A stretch of DNA of 59,710 bases, counting the filler. It is 9 parts of 9 records of this genome, joined end to end, with 100 filler letters (N's around TTAATTAATTAA, not from the genome) between each part and the next. Parts side by side here need not be neighbours in the genome. Positions count along the whole stretch, not along the records: positions 18,930 to 24,168 come from SRR31156797_92384; positions 24,269 to 31,777 come from SRR31156797_92409; 7 more parts are not named here. One strand, given 5' to 3'. Below are positions 19,988 through 29,452 of the stretch, one piece after another. The notes beneath the pieces were generated by a model. That model saw only the letters and a program-made list of their open reading frames with translations. It was not told where the DNA came from and did no database searches. The translations under genes and the position numbers were made by a program. Each line of letters opens with the position of its first letter. Position 1 is the stretch's first letter.

Positions 19988-21343
19988 TCAGATGGCGTTG
20001 AGCCAGAGCGACAGGTCATTCAAGGCACGATCGCAATAAGCCTTTTTACGTTCGCGCCCGCGCAGGCGGCGCTTCCCGGCCTCGGGTTCGATCGGCGGAA
20101 ACAGCCCGAAATTGACGTTCATCGGCTGATAGGTTTCAGCATCGCCGCCGCCTGTCACATGGCCCAGAAGAGCGCCCAATGCGGTCGTCGGTGGGGGAAG
20201 GTGAGCGGCCTCGTTTCCAGCACGTTCGGCGGCAACGAAACGCCCCGCCAAAAGACCGATAGCCGCACTTTCGACATAACCTTCGCATCCGGTGATCTGT
20301 CCGGCGAAACGGATTTCCGGCCGGGTCTTCAAGCCGAGACGCGGATCCAACAGACGCGGCCCATTGATGAAGGTGTTTCGATGCAACCCACCCAGGCGGG
20401 CGAATTCAGCGTTCTCCAGGCCCGGTATGGACCGGAATATCCGAACCTGTTCTCCATAGGTCATCTTGGTTTGGAACCCGACCATATTATATAGCGTTCC
20501 CAATGCGTTATCTTGTCTAAGCTGAACTATCGCATGAGGCTTGTTCGTCGGATTATTGGGATTGGTCAGACCGACCGGTTTCATTGGTCCGAAGGCCAGG
20601 GTTTCACGGCCCCTTTCGGCCATGACCTCGATCGGCAGGCAGCCATCGAAATAGGGTGTCGATTTTTCCCAATCCCTGAACGACACCTTTTCGGCGGACA
20701 GAAGGGAATCGATAAACGCACCGTATTGATCGGCGGACAGCGGACAGTTGATATAGTCGGCGCCGTCTCCCTTGTCGTAGCGGGATTGGTACCAGGCTTT
20801 GGAAAAATTGATGCTTTCCTTGTAGACGATCGGCGCAATGGCATCGAAAAAAGCCAGGGATGTCTCGCCGGTCAAGGCGCGAATAGATTCGGCCAAATCG
20901 GGCGAGGTGAGGGGGCCTGTGGCAACGATTACCGAATCAAAGTCGCCATCCGCCAGACCAGAGACCTCTTCGCGTCGGATCTCGACACCCGGAGCCTCTT
21001 CCAGGGCAACCTGGATTGCAGCGCTGAAAGCATTTCTGTCGACCGCGAGCGCACCGCCGGCCGGAACACGATGGGCATCCGCCGATCGCATGACGAGCGA
21101 ACCGCAACGTCGCATTTCCTCGTGCAGAAGTCCGACCGCATTGGCTTCGGCGTCATCGGATCGAAACGAGTTGGAACACACGAGTTCTGCCAAGCCGTCC
21201 GTCAAGTGCGCATCGGTCCCACGAACCGGGCGCATTTCATGGATGACGACGGGCACTCCGGCTTGCGTCAACTGCCACGCGGCCTCACTTCCGGCCAGAC
21301 CGCCACCGATAATATGAACCGTTATTTCGTTTTTCTGAGCCAT
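19988..21343 (-). CDS. trmFO: Methylenetetrahydrofolate-tRNA-(uracil-54)-methyltransferase TrmFO
   Basis: [60 protein letters not shown]. True start is MAQKN at 21343. Confidence 0.96.
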   Translation of the reverse strand: MAQKNEITVHIIGGGLAGSEAAWQLTQAGVPVVIHEMRPVRGTDAHLTDGLAELVCSNSFRSDDAEANAVGLLHEEMRRCGSLVMRSADAHRVPAGGALAVDRNAFSAAIQVALEEAPGVEIRREEVSGLADGDFDSVIVATGPLTSPDLAESIRALTGETSLAFFDAIAPIVYKESINFSKAWYQSRYDKGDGADYINCPLSADQYGAFIDSLLSAEKVSFRDWEKSTPYFDGCLPIEVMAERGRETLAFGPMKPVGLTNPNNPTNKPHAIVQLRQDNALGTLYNMVGFQTKMTYGEQVRIFRSIPGLENAEFARLGGLHRNTFINGPRLLDPRLGLKTRPEIRFAGQITGCEGYVESAAIGLLAGRFVAAERAGNEAAHLPPPTTALGALLGHVTGGGDAETYQPMNVNFGLFPPIEPEAGKRRLRGRERKKAYCDRALNDLSLWLNAI

Positions 21344-21463
21344 GGACCAGGAGAGATAGCCGTCCCTGTGGTCGGATGCAATGGCAACGCTACAGCATGC
21401 TTCACTTGACAGTACGGCGGCGAAGCCGTTAGGTGCGCTGCGGCCAAACAATGGGTAGGAAAG

Positions 21464-21901
21464 ATGGAAGGTCTTGACCAACAAACAGTATGGATGACGG
21501 GTATTTTGGTGGCGCTTTATTTCGGCACCAAATTCGTCGTTCCCAGGATCGTCGCTTCGGGTGCTGCTTTCGTCGATGTTGCCGAAGTTCAAAAGCGAAT
21601 CGAAAGCGGTGACGAAATCCTTCTCTTGGATGTCCGTACAACCGGCGAATTCAGCGGCGGCCATCCCGTCGGCGCAGTCAATGTTCCGCTGGCCGAACTT
21701 TCCGGACGCCTGATCGCCAACGCCGAAGAAATGGACGAACTTCGTGGGGCTCCTGTCTATGTGATGTGCCGAACCGCCAATCGGTCGCCAAGCGCGGCGC
21801 GAATTCTCAGGAAAAAGGGATTTGCCAACGTTTCCGTCGTAAAAGGTGGCGTAAACGCATGGAAACGAGCCAAGCTTCCGGTAGAGGGGGCGAACAAATA
21901 G
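21464..21901 (+). CDS. Membrane-anchored rhodanese-like protein with catalytic Cys
   Basis: N-terminal TM segment; [12 protein letters not shown], active loop CRTANRS, GGVNAW. Confidence 0.88.
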   Translation: MEGLDQQTVWMTGILVALYFGTKFVVPRIVASGAAFVDVAEVQKRIESGDEILLLDVRTTGEFSGGHPVGAVNVPLAELSGRLIANAEEMDELRGAPVYVMCRTANRSPSAARILRKKGFANVSVVKGGVNAWKRAKLPVEGANK

Positions 21902-21992
21902 GCCTGGGAATACAGGCCCCGCGCTTGACAGAATTCGCCTGCCGTCGTTATCCCTTTAGTCAATAGCAGAAGGGAACGAACCGGAGAAAATC

Positions 21993-22445
21993 GTGGATTT
22001 CGAAACCACCTTCATTATTGCCGTAATGATCATCGGGTTCGTCGCGTGGCGCTATATACCCCGGTTGATCGCCGGCGTGCCGTTTGTGGAGCCGGGTGCG
22101 GCGTATCAGGCGATCAAGGACAAGGAAGTCGACGTTGTCATCGACGTCCGCTCGCACGGAGATTTCATCGGCCAAGGCGGCCATATCGAGGGGGCAATCA
22201 ACCTTCCCTACGGATATTTGTCGGAAAAACTCCGCAAGGTCGAACAGGATTTGGCACCGTTCAAACATCAGCCGATCCTGGTCGCGGCGGGAACGGACAA
22301 TCTATCGGCCCATTCTTCCAGATTGCTGAGAAAGGCCGGCTTTTCCAATCTGGCCATTTTGAAGGGCGGAATGAAACGATGGACGAATATGGGCTTGCCG
22401 GTTGAACACGGCCTTCCGCAAGACGCCGAAATCCGAATGGATTGA
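21993..22445 (+). CDS. Membrane-anchored rhodanese-like protein lacking the catalytic Cys
   Basis: N-terminal TM segment; VIDVRS, GHIEGAINLP, loop AGTDNLS (no Cys), LKGGMKRW. Confidence 0.85.
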   Translation: MDFETTFIIAVMIIGFVAWRYIPRLIAGVPFVEPGAAYQAIKDKEVDVVIDVRSHGDFIGQGGHIEGAINLPYGYLSEKLRKVEQDLAPFKHQPILVAAGTDNLSAHSSRLLRKAGFSNLAILKGGMKRWTNMGLPVEHGLPQDAEIRMD

Positions 22446-22499
22446 GAGGTTCGGGCTATTTGATCCGGTTTAATTCTGTCGGTTTTCAAATGGTCAGGA

Positions 22500-23177
22500 C
22501 TATTTTTCCTTTTCGTACTCGACCGATCCCGACATACGAAAAGTGGCCGATTTCGACAAGCCGACAATGATACATCCATCACCGATATTGTAGATTTGCC
22601 AAGTCCTCAAAACCGCTGACTTGCCTTTCGGTATCGGCATTACTTCTTCGGTCGGCGTGTCGAGGTTCTGCAACGCACCGCGGCCCTGGGGGTCTGCGCG
22701 TATACTGTATTTCCCATCGCCGCCAACGTCGAAGAAAGATTCGCCGCAAACGAACACGTGACGGCTGTGACGGGACATCTTCTGCATTTGGGCCACGGCC
22801 TTGGCGTAGAGAACGCAACGTTCGTTCAATTGGTCCTCGCTGGCATCCGCCGGAAGCCCAACAAGTTGATGAACCGCCGCTTCGGAATAAAACCATCCGC
22901 GTGGCGTCGTATATTCGTCAACAATGTTTTGGCAGGCACTAAAATCGTCTGTTTTGAATCCTTCTTTTCTGGCGCGTTCGGCCAGATCTTTGATCCCCTG
23001 TTTCAGGCCGGCTTCCATGCGGGTCATGGCAGGTTTGTTAAACTCGAAAACGAGGGTATAGGAATACCACCCAAGAAGAAGCATTACCGGTACACCAAGA
23101 ACCCAGTATGCTCTTTTGGCCTCTTTCGACTTCCAGAAAGATCTCTTTCTGCGTTTTGTTGACGGCTTTTGTGCCAT
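22500..23177 (-). CDS. Hypothetical single-pass membrane protein
   Basis: Basic N-terminus, one TM helix and a Cys-containing soluble domain. GGGGGA RBS before the ATG at 23177. Confidence 0.65.
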   Translation of the reverse strand: MAQKPSTKRRKRSFWKSKEAKRAYWVLGVPVMLLLGWYSYTLVFEFNKPAMTRMEAGLKQGIKDLAERARKEGFKTDDFSACQNIVDEYTTPRGWFYSEAAVHQLVGLPADASEDQLNERCVLYAKAVAQMQKMSRHSRHVFVCGESFFDVGGDGKYSIRADPQGRGALQNLDTPTEEVMPIPKGKSAVLRTWQIYNIGDGCIIVGLSKSATFRMSGSVEYEKEK

Positions 23178-23517
23178 ATCCCCCAAATCGCTTCTTTCGA
23201 TCCGGCCCACCGGACAGGCTTTGCTCCCGGCAACATAGACGCGAGAGCCTTCTGTATTTAGATAAGGCCGAAGTTATTCATAAAAAGGCCCATCTCGCCA
23301 CATTTAATTACTGAATACACGGTATAATCGTTTACAAACTTTAATTTCAATCCGGTATCTCTATTCGTCTTCAAAGATCGGCAAGCCGTCTCGATCCGAA
23401 CGCTTTCATCGAACAATATACTGAAATGGCTTGATTCTTTGTTAACGGGCGCCGCCTTTGAAAAGTGGATTTTACCGATAGTCGATCATTTACCTGCCCT
23501 TGGCGTGCCCGGGCGAT

Positions 23518-24168
23518 TCAGGCGCTTCGGCGGCTGTTGTTTGCGTCCAGACGGCCTGCCAGATATTGCCCTGTGAAGCTTTCAGCGTTCGCCGCCACCT
23601 GTTCCGGCGTCCCTGTTGCCACAACACGGCCGCCCTTGTCACCCCCTTCCGGACCGAGATCGATCATCCAATCGGCCGTTTTTATGACCTCTAGATTATG
23701 TTCGATGACGACAACGGTGTTTCCCTGGTCAACCAAAGCCTGCAGGACTTCGAGCAGTTTCCGCACATCCTCGAAATGCAAACCGGTGGTCGGTTCGTCG
23801 AGAATGTAAAAGGTCTTGCCGGTGGCACGGCGCGAAAGTTCCTTGGCCAGTTTCACCCGTTGTGCCTCGCCACCCGATAGCGTCGTCGCCTGTTGGCCAA
23901 GATGGATGTACCCAAGGCCGACTTTTTCCAGAGTTTCCAACTTGTTGCGGATCACCGGCACGGCCTTGAAGAAACGGCTGCCTTCTTCGACCGTCATGTC
24001 GAGGACGTCGGCGATGGATTTGTTGCGGAATCGGATTTCCAGGGTTTCCCGGTTGTAGCGCTTGCCCTGACAGGTATCGCAGGTGACGTAAACGTCGGGC
24101 AGGAAATGCATCTCGATCTTGATCAGTCCGTCGCCCTGGCAGGCCTCGCACCGGCCGCCCTTGACGTT
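23518..24168 (-). CDS. uvrA: Excinuclease ABC subunit A, C-terminal part
   Basis: [56 protein letters not shown]. Confidence 0.97.
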   Translation of the reverse strand, partial: NVKGGRCEACQGDGLIKIEMHFLPDVYVTCDTCQGKRYNRETLEIRFRNKSIADVLDMTVEEGSRFFKAVPVIRNKLETLEKVGLGYIHLGQQATTLSGGEAQRVKLAKELSRRATGKTFYILDEPTTGLHFEDVRKLLEVLQALVDQGNTVVVIEHNLEVIKTADWMIDLGPEGGDKGGRVVATGTPEQVAANAESFTGQYLAGRLDANNSRRSA

Positions 24169-24268
24169 NNNNNNNNNNNNNNNNNNNNNNNNNNNNNNNN
24201 NNNNNNNNNNNNTTAATTAATTAANNNNNNNNNNNNNNNNNNNNNNNNNNNNNNNNNNNNNNNNNNNN

Positions 24269-25420
24269 CATATCTTCATCATCAGCGTCATCCGTACCGT
24301 CGACAGGAGCCGTAATAGCCACTAATGATGTGGTGCTGGCTTTGACCAAATATCCGTCTGCCGTTGCATCTGTCCAAGTAAGTGTAACTGTGTTATGATC
24401 TGCAGAACCTGAAAAACTTGTTACATGAGCAGCTGGTTCAGCTTTAGCGGTAGTAGCATTTTGGGTTGTTCCGGGTGAATAATTATCAGAAGCATCCACC
24501 GACCAGAATTTATAATGGTAAGCGGTGTTTGCGGTAAGACTTGAGTGATTGTATGCTTCAGCAGTACCTTGATAGATCACTGTGCCGCCCAAAGCTGAAC
24601 CGGAATATGATACACCGTCTGTAGGATCAGTGAAAGTTCCGTCATTATCAAATACAACCATAACATCATCACCGGAGGCATTGTCGGTCCAGGTTAAATT
24701 GATCTGGCTGGATGAAGCCGTTATGACACTTACATCCGTAGGATTTGCTATTCCACCGGAAGCTGTTCCGGAAAGAACAATATTATCTACTCCAAAAGCT
24801 TCATAGTTAGAACCAGCGTTACAAACTACGCGAATGTATAAAGTACTGCCGGTACCTGTAAAGTTATCTGAAACTATACTTGTTAGGGCATAGGTCAAGG
24901 TAGTTCCATTTGCAGTATTATTGCCTCCGGTAGCATTTCCCGCCAAGTCTAGCGGCATATTTGTACCGGCACTTACAAAATAATAAAGTGTAGACCAATC
25001 TGAGTTATTCCAGCTGTATTCAACTGATAATTGATCAGCAGCATCCCAATCAGATGGAACGCCGCCAAAATCAGCGGAAAATTCCAGGTCCGTATGTCCT
25101 GAAACATCGATTGCACTAAGTGATAAAACACCGGGGCTAGAGGCATTGATGGTATTGGGGTTTGAACCAACAAATAACCAAGATCCGGTTACATTAGTGT
25201 ATGGTCCAACTGAGCCTTCGTAGATGTCTGTGTCACTCGGTTCCGCGCGATAAAAGTATTGATCTCCAGGATCACTAGCAGGTGTTTGCGAGGGAGTGTG
25301 AGAGTAACCGGTCAGGTTAGTTTCAAAGCCCTGCGTAACAATAACTTCTCCCATTGCAAATCCAGTCAGCATAAACAGAGCCGTCAGAATAAGAGCAAAA
25401 TTCTTAGCAAGTTTCATCAT
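24269..25420 (-). CDS. Secreted Thr/Ser/Asp-rich multidomain protein with FN3-like repeats; 3' truncated
   Basis: Signal peptide; 'SSSQINLTWTDN..LTANTAYHYKFWS' and 'NTVTLTWTDA' FN3-like segments; GGAGG RBS. Confidence 0.75.
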
Positions 25421-25683
25421 TTTCTTTCCTCCAAGTTAGATAGAAAAAACCATTAAAAAGATTAACGTTATATTAAGTGTTATTTTATTAAAAATTAAGG
25501 CAGAAAACAAGAAATTATTATAAAGTCAAACATATGTTATATATGATATAATTGGGTGATAACTAGGAAGATATAAGATATGAGATACGAGATAAAGATG
25601 AATATGTGATGAGTATCACAAGATAAATTTTAGATTCCAGATTTATAATTTAAAATTTTATAATCTGGAACCTGGAATCTTCA

Positions 25684-26673
25684 TTACATCAATACCAAAC
25701 TCAATCCAACAAAATAAAACCCATCAATATTTCTGAACTGCCCGTGCGGGTTGATGCCGTAATATAATCTTAGAAAACCACCTACTTTACGGAAGCTATC
25801 GGAGTTGTAAACCCAGCCAAAGTAGCCGTTGACGTTCCAGGTTCGTCGCTCCGGGTCATCGGCTTCATAGCCGTATTTAACTCTGTTCCTCAGTTCAATT
25901 GAATTGACCTGATGAAAGGTATTGGATGCGCCCAAACCGCGTGTTCTGCGCCAGTTGAACTGGATCCAGTATTTCATGGTTTGTTCACCCATAATAAGAT
26001 CTTGTCCCTGCGTTTCGCTGAGCTTGTACTGATAAAATCCATCTTCGGCAGCCCAAACGCCCTGCATGCCGATACGCGTTGAGAACACATTGCCTTTTAG
26101 GGTATCGGGATCATTCAGAGTAATCGCCAGGATCCAGGATTCATAAGATACGTTCACTCTGTAGAACTCACTGCTTTGCTCTAATGCAACGAAAATAAAT
26201 TCATCACCGATGTGAGTGCTTTCATGATATACGGGGGTGAAGGTTAATCCGACATTTTTCAGTTTCAATTTTTCAAGATCCGGATGATAAAAAAGCGTTC
26301 GTATTTCCGAGCCCAGCCAGTAGTCCGTATTAATGACCATGCGGTGCGTGGGCTCCAGGCTGTCAATGATCAGATTGAAAGCTCCATTGAGTACAAAGGT
26401 CGTTTTGAATGAGATCTTATTAAATATACTGCGATAGGAAATGAAGGGTATTTCCGCGCCCACGTGCCCCTCGGAAAAGAGTCGTTTTTGATAATCGGTA
26501 AAATAATAATGTTCACCGAAATCATTGACAAAACCTTCTTCGAATTTGATGATGGACGAACGGATATCAGATACAAATGGTTTTCCGAAATGTTCGGGAG
26601 TGAAAAAGGTAAAAGTTGCAGCGGGAAGGATCGTCATGGAAAGTAGCAAAATAACAACGATCGTTCTTTTCAT
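25684..26673 (-). CDS. Exported DUF1207-like, probable outer-membrane beta-barrel protein
   Basis: Signal peptide; YHESTHIGDEF and YYGINPHGQF resemble DUF1207 motifs; aromatic-rich amphipathic strands. Confidence 0.6.
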   Translation of the reverse strand: MKRTIVVILLLSMTILPAATFTFFTPEHFGKPFVSDIRSSIIKFEEGFVNDFGEHYYFTDYQKRLFSEGHVGAEIPFISYRSIFNKISFKTTFVLNGAFNLIIDSLEPTHRMVINTDYWLGSEIRTLFYHPDLEKLKLKNVGLTFTPVYHESTHIGDEFIFVALEQSSEFYRVNVSYESWILAITLNDPDTLKGNVFSTRIGMQGVWAAEDGFYQYKLSETQGQDLIMGEQTMKYWIQFNWRRTRGLGASNTFHQVNSIELRNRVKYGYEADDPERRTWNVNGYFGWVYNSDSFRKVGGFLRLYYGINPHGQFRNIDGFYFVGLSLVLM

Positions 26674-27329
26674 GTTTTCTCCTGTCTTCTATAGATCTTG
26701 TTAATGAAAATGATAATAGCCGCGCAGAGGAAGAACATCAAAGTCATCAAAAAGATCACATAAGGATAGAAAGAAGTATTAGTATTATCGAACACAAGGA
26801 AATAATAACGATTGATATTGAGGACGTAACCTTCGAATATTGTATAGATCAAATAATATAGCGGATAGATCATCCAAAAGATCAATAAGTCGAATTTATA
26901 GGTATTAGGCGGTACAGAAAGAACATTATCGACCAGGATCAGGACCGTTAACAGAATATGATTACTGTAAAGGACGCAGAGATTCAGCCCGCTGACCTTA
27001 AATGTACCTACAAAAAAAGCACCGAAAAGTATTGATGTGATCAGTCCGTATAAAAGAGCTGCTCCACGAAAGGCCGGACGTGGCCATTTATTTTCACGAC
27101 CAAGAAGTTGATTGACAAGTAGAAAAATAAAAACAATAACAATATACAGCATGCTTTGAACAGAGAAAAACCCCAATGGGAATAAACGGTTATGAGGTCC
27201 CATTTCAAGCAGAGGATTGAAAATAAGTCGGTACGTCAATCCGAACAAACCGATACATACGGCAAAGATCCTCAATACCAGCAATACGTTATTTTTAGTT
27301 ATACTACCCATTAGATGAAAAATAAACAT
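26670..27329 (-). CDS. Pr6Pr/FAR-17a-AIG1-like integral membrane protein
   Basis: About 6 TM segments; FFSVQS, NH, WMIYPLYY, YYFL. ATGA overlap with the next gene. Confidence 0.65.
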   Translation of the reverse strand: MFIFHLMGSITKNNVLLVLRIFAVCIGLFGLTYRLIFNPLLEMGPHNRLFPLGFFSVQSMLYIVIVFIFLLVNQLLGRENKWPRPAFRGAALLYGLITSILFGAFFVGTFKVSGLNLCVLYSNHILLTVLILVDNVLSVPPNTYKFDLLIFWMIYPLYYLIYTIFEGYVLNINRYYFLVFDNTNTSFYPYVIFLMTLMFFLCAAIIIFINKIYRRQEKT

Positions 27330-27427
27330 AATTATGAATAATGCAAAGCAATTTGGAGTGTTAGGGTCCGATTGCGTTGGATATAAATGAGGGTGGATTA
27401 CCCCGACATATGGAGGGGTGAAACAAG

Positions 27428-27610
27428 TAATAACCCGGGGTGAAACCCCGGGTATATGAACTCAATATCAGCAACCCCGAACAGCGTTGAGAGGTTGAAC
27501 TTATTAAAATCAAATACATAGAGAAATTGAAGAGTGTTCAACCCTTCCATAAGGTCAGGGTTGAGAAGGGAGTAAGATTTCAACTCCCGGGGTTTCACCC
27601 CGGGTTATTA
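27428..27610. repeat. REP doublet / REPIN-like element with perfect 25-bp terminal inverted repeats
   Basis: TAATAACCCGGGGTGAAACCCCGGG at 27428-27452 and its exact reverse complement at 27586-27610. An inner imperfect IR (CAACCC..GGTTGAAC / GTTCAACC..GGGTTG) is also present. Confidence 0.85.
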
Positions 27611-27666
27611 TTTAGTTCAAGCTCTCGACAAGCTCGAGCTTAATGAGTATTATTATCATTTCTTCG

Positions 27667-27695
27667 GTAGGGGGCGAAAGATTTTTCGTCCCTAC
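27667..27695. repeat. GTAG-type REP palindrome
   Basis: GTAGGGGGCGAAAGATTTTTCGTCCCTAC. Confidence 0.75.
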
Positions 27696-27715
27696 TGAAT
27701 AATTTTTATTAGAGT

Positions 27716-27745
27716 AAAAAGAAAAGGGCTGAACATGTTCAGCCC
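27716..27745 (-). terminator. Rho-independent terminator of the 5'-nucleotidase operon
   Basis: GGGCTGAAC-AT-GTTCAGCCC followed by TTTTCTTTTT on the minus strand. Confidence 0.8.
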
Positions 27746-27773
27746 CTACTTTTTACTTTATACTTTTGCCTTT

Positions 27774-29399
27774 TTACTTAAAAATCGTCCACCTGTTATC
27801 GATCTTGGCATCAGCGCCAAATTCTACAATATAATCACGCAGGGCTTCGCGCATCATGATACCTGTGTTGATACGATGTTCTTCACCGATGGTGGTAAGA
27901 CGATCATAACCGGAGTTACCTTCTGCAAGATAATCCGAGACAGCGATCTTGTAAGTGGCTTTGGGATCGAATTTTACACCTTGTACGCCTAATATCTCAA
28001 CCCGTTGGCGTTCGGCTTTACGTTTATCCACGATGACTTCGATACCCGATGCGAGCATGCCCCTGGAATTTCCGCTGACGCGGTCTTCGATCAGTTCATC
28101 CAATTCGGCACCGCTCATTTGAAAAACGGTAATGCGGTTACCGAAGGGCAGAAAGCGGAAAAGTTTTTCATAGGTGAGAGGACCCGATTCCAGATCCGAA
28201 CGCAAACCTCCGTAATTGGAGAAAGCGATATCGGCATCCGTAGCCCAAGCGACGGCATCACAAAGAAGGTTGCCCAGTACGGACTGTCCTTCATTTGCGC
28301 GGCGCAGAGGTTTCGGCAGAACGGCAATAACTTCATCAAAACCTTCTTCGGCCACGGCCTTACGGGCTTCGATCATTTTATTGACTTCTTCATCGATCCA
28401 GAATTCATCTTCAAGCAAGGTGACATATGATGAACCATCCACGGCAAAATCATAGCCGGCCAAGGTCTTGGTCTTTTTGTGAATATAGAAATTGACATGA
28501 CCCAGATTGGTGCCGTTGCCATAGTTCTGGAAGATCAATGTATGGTTGATGGGATCTTCATAGGGTTCCTGAAATCCTTTGTGAACGTGGCCGGTGAACA
28601 TCACGTCAATGCCGGGCGTGGAAACCGCGATCTCCATGCCGGGTGCGCCGATCTTGTTCTCATCGGGCCATTCGCCGCGCAGGATGGCTTCCTGAAGTTC
28701 TGCGGCTTCTTTTTCGCGTTCGTAGGGTGTCCAGGAGTGCGTGGATAAGATAATAACATCCGCGCCCTCTTCTTTCATGATGGGGATCCATTTTTTAGCT
28801 GTTGCGATCTCGGGAAGGAATGCAATACCTTCCACGTGATCCGGAAAGCTCATGGATGGGGTAACGGCCGTACCGATACCGAGGATACCGACCTTAATGC
28901 CGTAAATGTCTTTGATGATATAAGGTTCTAAGAAGTGTACAACCTCACCGCTTTCATCCACGATATTGGCTCCCAGAAGCGGAAAGTCGGCTTCTGCAGC
29001 GCGCTTTTCCAGCTCGGTATAGCTTTTATCGAAATCGTGGTTTCCGGCCGTTAGAAGGTCGTATCCAACCACATTCATAAATTCCACCACAGCCGCACCG
29101 GCCGTTTTGGAACCGACGGGTGTTCCTGAAAAGAAATCACCTTCATCGATCAACAAAACACCGTATCCTTCGGCTTCGGCCTCTTCGCGGACTTCCTTAA
29201 CGTAGCGCGCGATGGCGGGTCCGGCTCCGATCTTGGGCGGGAACTGCGGATTCATGAACGTTGCTTCTGTCCGGGGAATGCCGCCGTGCACGTCATTGGT
29301 GAACAGCACGGTGATCTTCTGGTATTCATCTGCCGGGTAATCGGCAGCGAAAACCATTCCGGCCAGAAGAAGCAATGTTAATATTTTCTTTATGTTCAT
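27774..29399 (-). CDS. Exported 5'-nucleotidase / UDP-sugar hydrolase (UshA-like)
   Basis: Signal peptide; TNDVHG, DEGDFFSG, AGNHDFD, GHVH, NYGGLR, LPFGN, DYLAEGNSGY. Confidence 0.93.
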   Translation of the reverse strand: MNIKKILTLLLLAGMVFAADYPADEYQKITVLFTNDVHGGIPRTEATFMNPQFPPKIGAGPAIARYVKEVREEAEAEGYGVLLIDEGDFFSGTPVGSKTAGAAVVEFMNVVGYDLLTAGNHDFDKSYTELEKRAAEADFPLLGANIVDESGEVVHFLEPYIIKDIYGIKVGILGIGTAVTPSMSFPDHVEGIAFLPEIATAKKWIPIMKEEGADVIILSTHSWTPYEREKEAAELQEAILRGEWPDENKIGAPGMEIAVSTPGIDVMFTGHVHKGFQEPYEDPINHTLIFQNYGNGTNLGHVNFYIHKKTKTLAGYDFAVDGSSYVTLLEDEFWIDEEVNKMIEARKAVAEEGFDEVIAVLPKPLRRANEGQSVLGNLLCDAVAWATDADIAFSNYGGLRSDLESGPLTYEKLFRFLPFGNRITVFQMSGAELDELIEDRVSGNSRGMLASGIEVIVDKRKAERQRVEILGVQGVKFDPKATYKIAVSDYLAEGNSGYDRLTTIGEEHRINTGIMMREALRDYIVEFGADAKIDNRWTIFK

Positions 29400-29409
29400 A
29401 AGTTTACCT

Positions 29410-29448
29410 TTTCTCGTTACGCGTCACTCGTTTCTCGTTACGCGTCAC
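29410..29448 (+). repeat. 18-bp direct repeat built from heptamer units
   Basis: TTTCTCGTTACGCGTCAC at 29410-29427 and 29431-29448 (21-nt period). Confidence 0.85.
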
Positions 29449-29452
29449 GTCT

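Noticed and set aside
21344-21664. 107-aa N-terminal extension of TrmFO in the ORF track
   Set aside because: It overlaps the rhodanese gene on the opposite strand, and the conserved TrmFO sequence begins at MAQKN.
27428-29448. Possible CRISPR repeats
   Set aside because: Each repeat has only two copies (one pair inverted, one with a 3-nt gap), with no spacers and no cas genes.
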